Source: an uncultured Chloroflexia bacterium (GTDB taxonomy: Bacteria > Chloroflexota > Anaerolineae > Anaerolineales > RBG-16-64-43). Taken from it: a DNA stretch of 64,000 bases. Location of the stretch: assembly GCA_963780865.1 (NCBI GenBank), contig CAWADT010000022.1:79499-143498 (forward strand). Direction: 5' to 3'. The translations under genes were made by a program, and so were the position numbers. Shown piece by piece: positions 10,102 through 18,727 of the stretch. Under the pieces are notes generated by a model, which was not told where the DNA came from, did no database searches, and saw only the letters and a program-made list of their open reading frames with translations. Numbering within the stretch: the first letter of the stretch is position 1; the number at the start of each line of letters is the position of its first letter.

Positions 10102-10563
10102 ATGCCCATTTTACCCGCTGGAATTTCCCTCCGCCCGGCATCCGCGGCGGACGAGCCAGCAATCCGCGCCATCGTCCGCAAAGAGGGGCTCAATCCTTTG
10201 AGTCTGCATTGGCGTAATTTTTTGTTGGCGATGAATGCGGAAGAGCGGATCGTCGGCATCGGCGCGGTGAAGCAGCACGGCGACGGATCGCGCGAATTGG
10301 CTTCGATCGCGGTTGTCCCGGAATGGCGCGGGCGTGGCGTGGCGGGCGTCGTGATCGACACTCTGCTGAGCCGCGAATCCGGTCCGCTGTATCTTACCTG
10401 CCGCGATAAAATGGCGCCTTTCTACGAACGCTTCGGCTTCCGTAGAATTGGAGAAGAAGAAATGACGCCCTACTTCCGCAGGTTGTCCCGGATCGTCGGC
10501 GTGGTCATCCATTTGGTCCGGGCCGGGAACGGGCCGGTGGTGATGAAAAAGGATAATCGGTAA
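10102..10563 (+). CDS. GNAT-family N-acetyltransferase
   Basis: The C-terminal 153 codons of track ORF 9826..10563, starting MPILPAGISLRPASAADEPAIRAIV. The acetyl-CoA motif is VVPEWRGRGVAGVVID, followed by FYERFGF. The upstream part of the ORF runs over repeat DNA. Confidence 0.8.
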   Translation: MPILPAGISLRPASAADEPAIRAIVRKEGLNPLSLHWRNFLLAMNAEERIVGIGAVKQHGDGSRELASIAVVPEWRGRGVAGVVIDTLLSRESGPLYLTCRDKMAPFYERFGFRRIGEEEMTPYFRRLSRIVGVVIHLVRAGNGPVVMKKDNR

Positions 10564-10630
10564 ATAGAATCCTCTGAAAAAGGTTCGCTCGTCGGATGAC
10601 CGGCCGCCGAATATTAGCAGCCCCCGCTTT

Positions 10631-10690
10631 CCTCGCTTCCCACGCTCCCCTCGCTACCCTCGCTACCCTCGCTGCCCTCGCGTAGCGAGG
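10631..10690. repeat. Short tandem 9-bp repeat (cctcgctac-like x6) closed by inverted gcgagg
   Basis: The sequence reads cctcgcttc ccacgctcc cctcgctac cctcgctac cctcgctgc cctcgcgta gcgagg, in the convergent intergenic region. Confidence 0.7.
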
Positions 10691-10923
10691 TCAGGCGCAA
10701 AGGCGGACGCCGGATAAATCCAACCTTCAGGCCCGGCTGTGGACCAGGCGACTCACCTCGCGTTTTTTACGGGGGCTGTTGCGGGTTCGGAGCTCTGTAT
10801 GAACAATGATTTATTGAGATTTCATATACTGATTCTTCGGATAATCTAGTAATAAAAGGTTGGCCGGCGAAGGCATTTACATCTTTATTAGTTTTTGCGG
10901 ATAAACCACTTCGATTCCTATTT

Positions 10924-11400
10924 TTATTTCCACGCTGCCCGGATCTTCTTCCACGTCTCTTCCAAACTCTCCGGCAGCACGCGCACCTCGCCCATCACGC
11001 TCATAAAGTTGGTGTCCCCCGACCAGCGCGGAACGATGTGCAGGTGGACGTGGTCGGCGATGCCGGCGCCGGCCGCCTCGCCGATGTTCGCGCCGAGGTT
11101 GAATGCCGGCGCGCGGTAGGCCGCCCGCAGCGCGGCCAGCGCCTGTTTGGCGAGTGCGAACATCTCCATCCAACTCTCCACCGGCACTTTTTCGATCGAG
11201 TCGACATGTTCGTGCGGGACGATCATCAAGTGACCGGCGGTGTACGGATAGCGATTGAGGATCGCGTACGCTCGTTTGCCGCAAGCCACGATCAGCGCCT
11301 GCTCGTCGCTCTGGTTGAGCGCTTGGCAGAAAATACAGCCTTTTTCCTTACCGTGCCCTTCGATATATTTCATCCGCCAGGGGGACCAGATGCGCTTCAT
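10924..11400 (-). CDS. HIT-family nucleotide hydrolase/transferase
   Basis: The last 158 codons of track ORF 10924..11712, starting MKRIWSPWRMKYIEG, with the histidine triad DHVHLHIVPRW. The N-terminal part of the track ORF is antisense translation of the tRNA-Thr gene. Confidence 0.85.
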   Translation of the reverse strand: MKRIWSPWRMKYIEGHGKEKGCIFCQALNQSDEQALIVACGKRAYAILNRYPYTAGHLMIVPHEHVDSIEKVPVESWMEMFALAKQALAALRAAYRAPAFNLGANIGEAAGAGIADHVHLHIVPRWSGDTNFMSVMGEVRVLPESLEETWKKIRAAWK

Positions 11401-11566
11401 AACAGGGATTTTATCAAGGAAAAGGAAAAATGGCTTATTGCGCCCGTTGCGGATAAACCGGTTTAATAGCGTTTTTTCGGCCGAGCGATCGACTTTCCAT
11501 CCAATTCGCCTGTCCGCTAATTGCTTCTTGTTCCGTCCATTTTTCGAGTAAAATTGCCGTCTTGCC

Positions 11567-11595
11567 TTGCGGTGGCCTAGCCCCTCTGGTATAAT
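11567..11595 (+). promoter_or_regulatory. Sigma70-type promoter of the tRNA-tuf operon (TTGCGG-17-TATAAT with TGG extended -10)
   Basis: ttgcgg at 11567-72, a 17-nt spacer ending tgg, and tataat at 11590-95, lying ~34 nt upstream of tRNA-Thr. Confidence 0.6.
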
Positions 11596-11628
11596 CGTGT
11601 GGCCCGGAATAGGGGCGTTTTTAACTAC

Positions 11629-11701
11629 GCCGACGTAGCTCAATCGGCAGAGCAACCGCCTTGTAAGTGGTAGGTTATGGGTTCGATTCCCATCGTCGGC
11701 T
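11629..11701 (+). tRNA. tRNA-Thr (anticodon UGU)
   Basis: GCCGACG acceptor pairing with CGTCGGC, D arm GCTC/GAGC, anticodon stem ACCGC/GTGGT with loop CTTGTAA, T arm ATGGG-TTCGATT-CCCAT. Confidence 0.9.
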
Positions 11702-11792
11702 TGGGCGAACATACCGGGTGACCGGTGTTAACAACATCCGATCCGCGCTGGAGGGCGGCGGGCGTGGCGGGCGGGCGACCGCACCGGTGTAG

Positions 11793-11810
11793 GGGCGATG
11801 CATGCATCGC
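11793..11810. repeat. Perfect 18-nt palindrome GGCGATGCATGCATCGCC in the tRNA spacer (gtaggggcg-type hairpin family)
   Basis: Preceded by gtagg. The same prefix occurs at the 13555-13579 hairpin. Confidence 0.6.
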
Positions 11811-11851
11811 CTCTTGTAGCGGATCGGTCTCCCGCCGGCGACGGCGAATAT

Positions 11852-11937
11852 GGGCGGTTACCCAAGTGGCCAAAGGGGACTGACTGTAAATCAGTTGGCA
11901 GCAGCCTTCGGAGGTTCAAATCCTTCACCGCCCACCA
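11852..11937 (+). tRNA. tRNA-Tyr (anticodon GUA), long variable arm, CCA encoded
   Basis: GGGCGGT acceptor pairing with ACCGCCC, followed by A-CCA. Anticodon stem ACTGA/TCAGT with loop CTGTAAA. T loop TTCAAAT. Confidence 0.9.
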
Positions 11938-12022
11938 TCGGGGTTAAGCCTGCCCCCTGAGCGAGTTGTACCGGTGATCTTCCGGTGCGGCGATTTCGCG
12001 AGGGGGGCTTGCCTGCCCTCCA

Positions 12023-12095
12023 GCCCGCGTAGCTCAGTCGGTAGAGCACACCCTTGGTAAGGGTGGGGTCATGGGTCCAATTCCCATCGCGGGCT
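12023..12095 (+). tRNA. tRNA-Thr (anticodon GGU)
   Basis: GCCCGCG acceptor pairing with CGCGGGC, anticodon stem CACCC/GGGTG with loop TTGGTAA, T arm ATGGG-TCCAATT-CCCAT. Confidence 0.9.
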
Positions 12096-12142
12096 CTCGT
12101 CGGCCGGAAGAAGACGCTCATCTTTTCTGAGGAGAAGCGACC

Positions 12143-13342
<1,200 letters not shown>

Positions 13343-13382
13343 AAGGAGCCGCGGAGCTTTCCTTCCGCGGAAGGAATAGAGG

Positions 13383-13550
13383 ATGCCAAAATCGAAAGAT
13401 GTCCGGCCGGTAATCACGCTGGCCTGCTCCGACTGCAAGGAGCGCAACTATACGACCCAGAAAAACCGGCGCAACGATCAGGCGCGGCTGGAACTCAAGA
13501 AATATTGCCCGCATTGCCGCAAGCATACGTTGCACAAGGAATCAAAATAA
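13383..13550 (+). CDS. rpmG: 50S ribosomal protein L33
   Basis: 55 aa, below the ORF-track cutoff: [55 protein letters not shown]. It has two CxxC pairs and an AGAGG RBS. Confidence 0.9.
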   Translation: MPKSKDVRPVITLACSDCKERNYTTQKNRRNDQARLELKKYCPHCRKHTLHKESK

Positions 13551-13558
13551 TCGCGTAG

Positions 13559-13579
13559 GGGCGGATCGCTGATCCGCCC
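13559..13579 (+). repeat. Perfect 9-bp-stem hairpin GGGCGGATC-gct-GATCCGCCC after rpmG (gtaggggcg-type family)
   Basis: Lies between the rpmG stop and tRNA-Trp. There is no U-tract, so it is more likely a repeat or processing element than a terminator. Confidence 0.55.
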
Positions 13580-13610
13580 GAATTGGGCGCACAACCGTGC
13601 GCACCAACCT

Positions 13611-13684
13611 AGGCCAGTAGCTCAATTTGGCAGAGCACCGCTCTCCAAAAGCGGGGGTTGTGGGTTCAATTCCTGCCTGGCCTG
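13611..13684 (+). tRNA. tRNA-Trp (anticodon CCA)
   Basis: AGGCCAG acceptor pairing with CTGGCCT, anticodon stem CCGCT/AGCGG with loop CTCCAAA, T arm GTGGG-TTCAATT-CCTGC. Confidence 0.9.
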
Positions 13685-13736
13685 CCTGATGGTGTCGACC
13701 GGATCGTCGATCCGGTCTACAACTACGAACGATGGA

Positions 13737-13958
13737 ATGAGGTGCACCGTGCCGAAAAGTCAATCGTCCCGCCAGCCGAATTTCCTCGTCCGTTTCATCA
13801 ACGAGACGATGGGAGAACTGCGCAAGGTCACCTGGCCGACGCGCGATGAAGCGCTGCGCCTGACGGCGATCGTGCTGGCGGTGATGGTCGCCACCAGCAT
13901 CTTCCTCGGCGCGATCGACGCTTTGCTCACCGAAGGTTTCCGCGCTTTGCTAGGGTAA
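13737..13958 (+). CDS. secE: Preprotein translocase subunit SecE
   Basis: The C-terminal part of track ORF 13689..13958: ...FLVRFINETMGELRKVTWPTRDEALRLTAIVLAVMVATSIFLGAIDALL. It sits in the canonical position before nusG. The start is uncertain: ATG 13737, or GTG 13749 preceded by GAGG. Confidence 0.8.
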   Translation: MRCTVPKSQSSRQPNFLVRFINETMGELRKVTWPTRDEALRLTAIVLAVMVATSIFLGAIDALLTEGFRALLG

Positions 13959-13978
13959 CCACTCCGAGGATTATCGCA

Positions 13979-14695
13979 ATGTGGGAAGACCCGGAACACG
14001 AGGAAATGGAATCCGAACCGGAGGAGGAAAAGAAGGAAGAATCCTCCGCGGAAACGCCCGCCTACGAACCCTCCGGCGCGGCGGCGGCCCCGTCCGGGGA
14101 GATTGTGATTCCCGCCTCCCTCGAAGCCCATGCGGCCGAATTGCTGGGCGGGGAACACGCCGAACCGGGGGACGGACGCGCCTGGTACGTCGTTCACTGC
14201 TATTCCGGGCAGGAAAACAAGGTGCGCCACAACCTCGAGCAGCGCATCGATACGATGGATATGAAGAATAAGATTTTCGACATCATTATTCCCACCATCG
14301 AGGAGATCGAGGTCAAGGAAGGAAAACGCCGCACCGTCGAAAAGCGGGTTTACCCGGGTTACCTTATGGTGCAGATGGTCTTGACGGAGGAATCCTGGTT
14401 CGTCGTGCGCAACACCCCGGGCGTGACCGGGTTCGTGGGCATGGGCAATACGCCCACCGCGCTGCGCACCGAGGAAGTGGCGCAGATACTGCACCGGATG
14501 GAGACCACCACTCCGACCGTCCGCCCGACCTACAAACCCCAGCAAAAAGTCCGCATCATCGACGGACCGTTCAACGAATTCGTCGGCACGGTCGAGAGCA
14601 TCGATATGGACCGCGGCAAAGTCCGCGTGCTCGTTTCCTTTTTCGGCCGCGAAACGCCCGTGGAGCTGGATTTTCTGCAGGTGGAAAAAACCTGA
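13979..14695 (+). CDS. nusG: Transcription termination/antitermination factor NusG with ~65-aa acidic N-terminal extension
   Basis: 238 aa. The NGN domain starts at WYVVHCYSGQENKV. The KOW region is KVRIIDGPFNEFVGTVESIDMDRGKVRVLVSFFGRETPVEL. The N-terminus is MWEDPEHEEMESEPEEEKKEESS. Confidence 0.93.
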   Translation: MWEDPEHEEMESEPEEEKKEESSAETPAYEPSGAAAAPSGEIVIPASLEAHAAELLGGEHAEPGDGRAWYVVHCYSGQENKVRHNLEQRIDTMDMKNKIFDIIIPTIEEIEVKEGKRRTVEKRVYPGYLMVQMVLTEESWFVVRNTPGVTGFVGMGNTPTALRTEEVAQILHRMETTTPTVRPTYKPQQKVRIIDGPFNEFVGTVESIDMDRGKVRVLVSFFGRETPVELDFLQVEKT

Positions 14696-14714
14696 CGCAG
14701 CTCCCTCTTAATCC

Positions 14715-14783
14715 GTGGGAGGGCCGCCCATCGGCCCGGCCACCCCGCGTTCGCTGTTTTCGGATTGGGAAGCGAATGCGGGG
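14715..14783 (+). promoter_or_regulatory. Structured leader upstream of rplK, candidate L1-binding autoregulatory element (copy 1)
   Basis: The sequence is gtGGGAGGGCCGcccatCGGCCCggccaCCCCGCGTTCGCtgttttcggattGGGAAGCGAATGCGGGG. It forms two stems (GGGCCG/CGGCCC and CCCCGCGTTCGC/GCGAATGCGGGG) and is ~80% identical to 15233-15301. Confidence 0.45.
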
Positions 14784-14806
14784 ATAACACCACAAGGAGA
14801 ATTCCA

Positions 14807-15232
14807 GTGGCAAAAAAATTGAAAGTCGTCGTTCGTCTGCAGATCGAGGCCGCCAAGGCCAACCCCGCGCCGCCCATCGGTCCGGCGCTGGCCGGCCATG
14901 GCATCAACCTGATGGCCTTCTGCAAGGAGTACAACGCGCGCACCGCCGGACGCGCCGGGGAGATCATCCCGGCCGAGATCAGCATCTTCACCGACGGGTC
15001 GTTCACGTTCATCCTGAAAACCCCGCCCACCCCGGTTCTGCTGCGCAAAGCGGCGGGGGTGGAGAAGGGTTCCGGCGAACCGAACCGGACCAAAGTGGGC
15101 AAGGTGACGCGCAAGCAGGTCCGCGAGATCGCCGAACTCAAACTCAAGGACATGAACGCGGTGGACCTGGAAGGCGCCATGCATATGGTGGAAGGCACCG
15201 CGCGCAATATGGGCATCACCATCGAGGAATAA
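14807..15232 (+). CDS. rplK: 50S ribosomal protein L11
   Basis: GTG start 7 nt after AAGGAGA. The protein reads [44 protein letters not shown]..., 141 aa. The track ORF begins 14 codons earlier at a TTG. Confidence 0.95.
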   Translation: MAKKLKVVVRLQIEAAKANPAPPIGPALAGHGINLMAFCKEYNARTAGRAGEIIPAEISIFTDGSFTFILKTPPTPVLLRKAAGVEKGSGEPNRTKVGKVTRKQVREIAELKLKDMNAVDLEGAMHMVEGTARNMGITIEE

Positions 15233-15301
15233 GTGGGAGGGCCGCAAAACGGCCCGGCTACCCCGCGTTCGCTGTTCTAGCAGTGGGAAGCGAAGGCGGG
15301 G
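15233..15301 (+). promoter_or_regulatory. Structured leader upstream of rplA, candidate L1-binding element (copy 2)
   Basis: Starts immediately after the rplK stop: gtGGGAGGGCCGcaaaaCGGCCCggctaCCCCGCGTTCGCtgttctagcagtGGGAAGCGAAGGCGGGG. It has the same two stems as copy 1, with loop-only differences in stem 1. Confidence 0.45.
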
Positions 15302-15323
15302 CCAAAACCACCAGGAGACAACA

Positions 15324-16037
15324 ATGGCCAATCGTGGAAAGAAATACCTGGCTGCCGCCAAGCTAGTCGATCCGGAAAAGTTGTATTCTCCCGCGGAAGC
15401 CGTGAAGCTGGTCCAGTCCACGTCGATCACCAAATTCGACGGCACCGTGGAGGTGCACATGCACCTCGGCGTGGACCCGAAGCAGGCGGAACAGCAGGTT
15501 CGCGACGTAGTCGTGCTGCCGCACGGTCTGGGCAAGACGATCCGGGTGCTGGTCTTCACGGCCGGCGAATCCGCCAAGCAGGCCCAGGCGGCCGGAGCGG
15601 AATTCATCGCCGACAGCGATGAGATGGTCAAGAAAATCCAGGACGGCTGGACCGACTTCGACGTGGCGATCGCCACGCCGGAAATGATGAGCAAGGTCGG
15701 AAAGCTCGGACGCGTGCTCGGCCCGCGGGGGCTCATGCCCAATCCCAAGGCCGGCACGGTGGTGCCCCCCGAAGACATCGCCAAGGCGGTGAAGGAAGCC
15801 AAGGCCGGGCGGGTGGAATTCCGGGTCGATAAAACAGGCAACCTGCACGTCATCATCGGGAAAGCCTCCTTCACGGAAAAAGCGCTCTACGAGAATTTCG
15901 CCACGCTGATGGAGGCCATCAAACGGGCCCGGCCGGCGTCGCTCAAGGGGGTGTTTATCCGCAAGATCGTGATGACCACCACCATGGGGCCCGGCGTGCA
16001 CGTGGACCCGGCCGGCGCGCAGGCGCTCGAGGCGTAA
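15324..16037 (+). CDS. rplA: 50S ribosomal protein L1
   Basis: 237 aa starting [30 protein letters not shown], with [40 protein letters not shown]. Confidence 0.96.
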   Translation: MANRGKKYLAAAKLVDPEKLYSPAEAVKLVQSTSITKFDGTVEVHMHLGVDPKQAEQQVRDVVVLPHGLGKTIRVLVFTAGESAKQAQAAGAEFIADSDEMVKKIQDGWTDFDVAIATPEMMSKVGKLGRVLGPRGLMPNPKAGTVVPPEDIAKAVKEAKAGRVEFRVDKTGNLHVIIGKASFTEKALYENFATLMEAIKRARPASLKGVFIRKIVMTTTMGPGVHVDPAGAQALEA

Positions 16038-16059
16038 ATCCGCCGCGCCTCCGCCGTGG

Positions 16060-16068
16060 TGTTATAAT
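16060..16068 (+). promoter_or_regulatory. Extended -10 promoter element (TGTTATAAT) for rplJL
   Basis: tgt followed by tataat at 16063-68, 23 nt after the rplA stop. There is no good -35, which is compatible with an extended -10 promoter. Confidence 0.4.
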
Positions 16069-16182
16069 CGGAACAGTTGAATAAACGCTTCGCCGTAGAC
16101 AGCAGGCGCCCCGCGGAAACGAGGGGCCGAAGCGCCCTGCCGAGGTGAAGATTTCCTTTCCGCCCCGGTGTGGGGCAAGCGG

Positions 16183-16224
16183 AAGTCTTTGCTGGGAACG
16201 CGCGAGGCAAAGACTTTTCGTTTT
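16183..16224 (+). terminator. Terminator-like attenuator hairpin inside the rplJ 5' leader (candidate L10 leader)
   Basis: AAGTCTTTGC-tgggaacgcgcgag-GCAAAGACTT followed by ttcgtttt, ending ~6 nt before the GGAGGTGA RBS. An upstream long-range stem CGCTTCG...CGAAGCG encloses CCCCG-cggaaa-CGaGGGG. Confidence 0.45.
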
Positions 16225-16242
16225 GGATGGGAGGTGAGAGAT

Positions 16243-16770
16243 TTGGCGCTGACTCCGGAACAAAAGAAAGAACGGGTAGCCGAATACGTGAAACTGCTCA
16301 AGAAGAGCCAGGGGATCATCCTGGCCGAATTCGGCGGGTTGGCCATGCCCGGAATGAATACGCTCCGCAACCGCGTGCGCGAGTCCCAGGGAGAAGTGCA
16401 TGTTGTGAAAAACTCCCTGGCGGCGATTGCCATGCGGGATGCCGGCCTGGCCGCCTCCGCGGAAAAGATCGCCGGCAGCACCCTGATGGCCTTCGGTCTC
16501 GTCGATGTCGTCGGCGTGGCCAAGGCGGTCGTGGATGGTGCCAGAGAATCCGAGTTCCTGAAAATCAAGGGCGGGCTCCTGAACGGCAAACTGCTGACGC
16601 CGGCCGAAGTGAAAGCGTTGGCCACACTGCCGCCGCTGCCCGTCATTCGCGCCCGGTTGGCGGGCGTGCTGAAAGCGCCGGCGGCCAAAGTGGCGGGTAC
16701 CATCGCCGCCCCGGCGCGCAACCTGGTGGGCGTGGTCAAAGCCTACTCGCAAAAATCGGCCGCGGCTTGA
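16243..16770 (+). CDS. rplJ: 50S ribosomal protein L10
   Basis: TTG start 6 nt after GGAGGTGA. The protein reads (M)ALTPEQKKERVAEYVKLLKKSQGIILAEFGGLAMPGMNTLRNRVRE, 175 aa. The track ORF starts 25 codons upstream inside the leader. Confidence 0.9.
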   Translation: MALTPEQKKERVAEYVKLLKKSQGIILAEFGGLAMPGMNTLRNRVRESQGEVHVVKNSLAAIAMRDAGLAASAEKIAGSTLMAFGLVDVVGVAKAVVDGARESEFLKIKGGLLNGKLLTPAEVKALATLPPLPVIRARLAGVLKAPAAKVAGTIAAPARNLVGVVKAYSQKSAAA

Positions 16771-16837
16771 AACGGCCGCACCCGACCCATCCATCCGCTT
16801 ACTCTGAAAGAAAATTTTTCCAAGGAGATTTTTCGCA

Positions 16838-17221
16838 ATGGCTGATTTACAGAAAATAGTGGACGAGCTGAGCACGCTCTCCGTGATCGAAGCGGCCGAA
16901 CTGGCCAAGTTGCTCGAGGAAAAATGGGGCGTGTCCGCGGCGGCGCCCGTCGCCATGGCCATGGCTCCCGGCGCGGCCGGCGCTGCCGCCGCCCCCGCGG
17001 AAGAAGAGAAGACCGAATTTACCGTCATCCTCAAGGATGCCGGCGCGAAGAAGATCGACGTCATCCGCGTCATCCGCCAGCTGACCAGCCTCGGACTCAA
17101 GGAAGCCAAGGACCTTTCCGAGACGGCGGGCGCCAAGGTGGTCGAAGCGGTCACCAAGGAAGTCGCCGCCGACGCCAAGGCCAAGCTCGAGGCCGCCGGC
17201 GCGAGCGTGGAAGTGAAGTAG
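16838..17221 (+). CDS. rplL: 50S ribosomal protein L7/L12
   Basis: 127 aa: [32 protein letters not shown], an Ala/Pro hinge, then [22 protein letters not shown]...[12 protein letters not shown]. Confidence 0.97.
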   Translation: MADLQKIVDELSTLSVIEAAELAKLLEEKWGVSAAAPVAMAMAPGAAGAAAAPAEEEKTEFTVILKDAGAKKIDVIRVIRQLTSLGLKEAKDLSETAGAKVVEAVTKEVAADAKAKLEAAGASVEVK

Positions 17222-17240
17222 TTTTTCCTGCAAAGTTGAG

Positions 17241-17270
17241 AAAGCCCTCGAAAGAGGGCTTTTTCTTTTT
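17241..17270 (+). terminator. Rho-independent terminator after rplL
   Basis: aaAGCCCTC-gaaa-GAGGGCTttttcttttt. Confidence 0.85.
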
Positions 17271-17301
17271 AGCATAGAGATTTCTTTCGGCACGCGGATT
17301 A

Positions 17302-17328
17302 CCCTCGGAGCGCGAAGCGCTCCGAGGG
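17302..17328. repeat. Perfect 12-bp-stem hairpin CCCTCGGAGCGC-gaa-GCGCTCCGAGGG
   Basis: A degenerate half-copy (ccctcggagcgcgaatcg) occurs near 30265-30285. Confidence 0.7.
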
Positions 17329-17410
17329 CAGGCACGGAAAAACGGATTTCACTGAAGAACCAAATCGTGAAAACCTTTCGTTCTTTTTCTCCCTGGAGAT
17401 ACCGGGGATT

Positions 17411-18727
17411 TTGAAGATGGATTCACGCGGTCGATCATATAATGGGAGAATGCTTTCCTGGCGGAAACACCTTCCTTACGATCCCCTACCGTTGCTTCTT
17501 GAATCCGGATGCGCGCCGGTTGCCTATTTCGCGCGGTGCGACTTGCTGGGCGACAACCCCGGCCCGGTGGAACGGCTGTGGGATCTGCCCGACGCGCAAA
17601 AGATCCTGCGCCATCAGATGAAAAACGGCGGGTGGAGATATCCTTCGCCCGCAAACACGGCGCGCAGCGCGGAGGATTACGACCAGATCGAGACCTACCG
17701 CAATCTGGGTTTTCTCGTTGAAAAGTTTGGATTCACCCGCGCGCACCCCGCCGTTCAAAAAGCGGCCGAGTTCCTGTTCTCCTCGCAAACTTCTTCCGGC
17801 GATTTCCGCGGTATCTATGGCACCCAGTATTCGCCGAATTACTCGGCGGGAATCATGGAGCTGTTGATCAAGGCGGGGTTTGAACGCGACGCGCGATTAA
17901 CGCGCGGGTTGCGCTGGCTGCTTTCGATGCGGCAGGCCGACGGCGGCTGGGCCATCCCCCTCCGCACCCGCGCGACCAGCGGGAAATGGACCGACGTGAT
18001 GCGCGCAAAAACGATCGAGCCGGACCACGCCAAGCCCTTCTCCCATATGGTTACCGGTGTCGTCCTGCGGGCCTTCGCCGCGACGGATCATTATTCCGAC
18101 AACGAGGACGTTCGCAAAGCCGGCGAATTGCTGGCTTCGCGTTTGTTCAGATCGGACGCTTATATCGACCGCAAAGCGCCGAGTTTTTGGGTGGGTTTTT
18201 CCTTCCCGTTCTGGTTCACGGATTTGCTTTCGGCGCTTGATACCCTTTCACGGTTGGGCTTTCCGGCGGAGGATCCAAACATCCGCCGGGGATTGGATTG
18301 GATTGCTCAGCGGCAGCGCAAGGACGGCGGTTGGACCCTCAAGCTGCTCAAGGGCGCGGATAAAGCCTTGCCGTATTGGCTGGACCTGGCGGTCTGCAGG
18401 ATATTTAAACAATTCGCAACTACTCGGAGATATAAAAGGGGATTGAAAAAATGTACGCGGATTTCACGGAAAAGCGCGGATTGCACGGAGGGACCAAAAT
18501 ATCGAAGGATTTTTTCAAAGGATGTTCCGCGAAATCCGCAGAGTCCGCGTAATCCGCGTACTAGTTATTCCAAGCTGAGAACTTACAAGGATTCTATTTA
18601 TCCTAACCCCTCCTCCTCAAACCCCTCCTCCTTTCCTTTCGGAAAGGGAGGGAGGGGCAGGGGAGACGGGGTTAGGTCCCCATCCTCACGACTATTCGAT
18701 GCAACACCAGGTGGCGGTCCAGGATGA
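17411..18727 (+). CDS. Prenyltransferase/squalene-oxidase-repeat (terpenoid cyclase-like alpha/alpha toroid) protein; C-terminal ~100 codons read through repeat elements
   Basis: Three DGGW-type repeats are present: QMKNGGWRY, RQADGGWAI and RQRKDGGWTL. After ...YWLDLAVCRIFKQF the frame continues without a stop through repeats 18453-18561 and 18602-18676. Confidence 0.7.
   Translation: MKMDSRGRSYNGRMLSWRKHLPYDPLPLLLESGCAPVAYFARCDLLGDNPGPVERLWDLPDAQKILRHQMKNGGWRYPSPANTARSAEDYDQIETYRNLGFLVEKFGFTRAHPAVQKAAEFLFSSQTSSGDFRGIYGTQYSPNYSAGIMELLIKAGFERDARLTRGLRWLLSMRQADGGWAIPLRTRATSGKWTDVMRAKTIEPDHAKPFSHMVTGVVLRAFAATDHYSDNEDVRKAGELLASRLFRSDAYIDRKAPSFWVGFSFPFWFTDLLSALDTLSRLGFPAEDPNIRRGLDWIAQRQRKDGGWTLKLLKGADKALPYWLDLAVCRIFKQFATTRRYKRGLKKCTRISRKSADCTEGPKYRRIFSKDVPRNPQSPRNPRTSYSKLRTYKDSIYPNPSSSNPSSFPFGKGGRGRGDGVRSPSSRLFDATPGGGPG
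18453..18561. repeat. 109-bp palindromic element with perfect 11-bp termini GTACGCGGATT / AATCCGCGTAC
   Basis: Built from cacgga/ccgcg word repeats and related in style to 35165-35273. It lies inside the 3' tail of ORF 17411..18727. Confidence 0.7.
18602..18676. repeat. C/G-arm palindromic repeat (family C): cctaacccctcctcc...cccctcctcctttcc-tttc-ggaaagggagggagggg...ggggttagg
   Basis: An imperfect long hairpin of the same C-rich-arm / G-rich-arm style as 54928-54974 and the palindrome interrupted by the IS at 28091-28166 / 29781-29810. Confidence 0.65.

Noticed and set aside
17271-17410. Expected rpoB start after rplL
   Set aside because: No RNA polymerase beta motifs occur in any frame. 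A strong terminator and a repeat hairpin follow rplL, and the next ORF encodes an unrelated protein.
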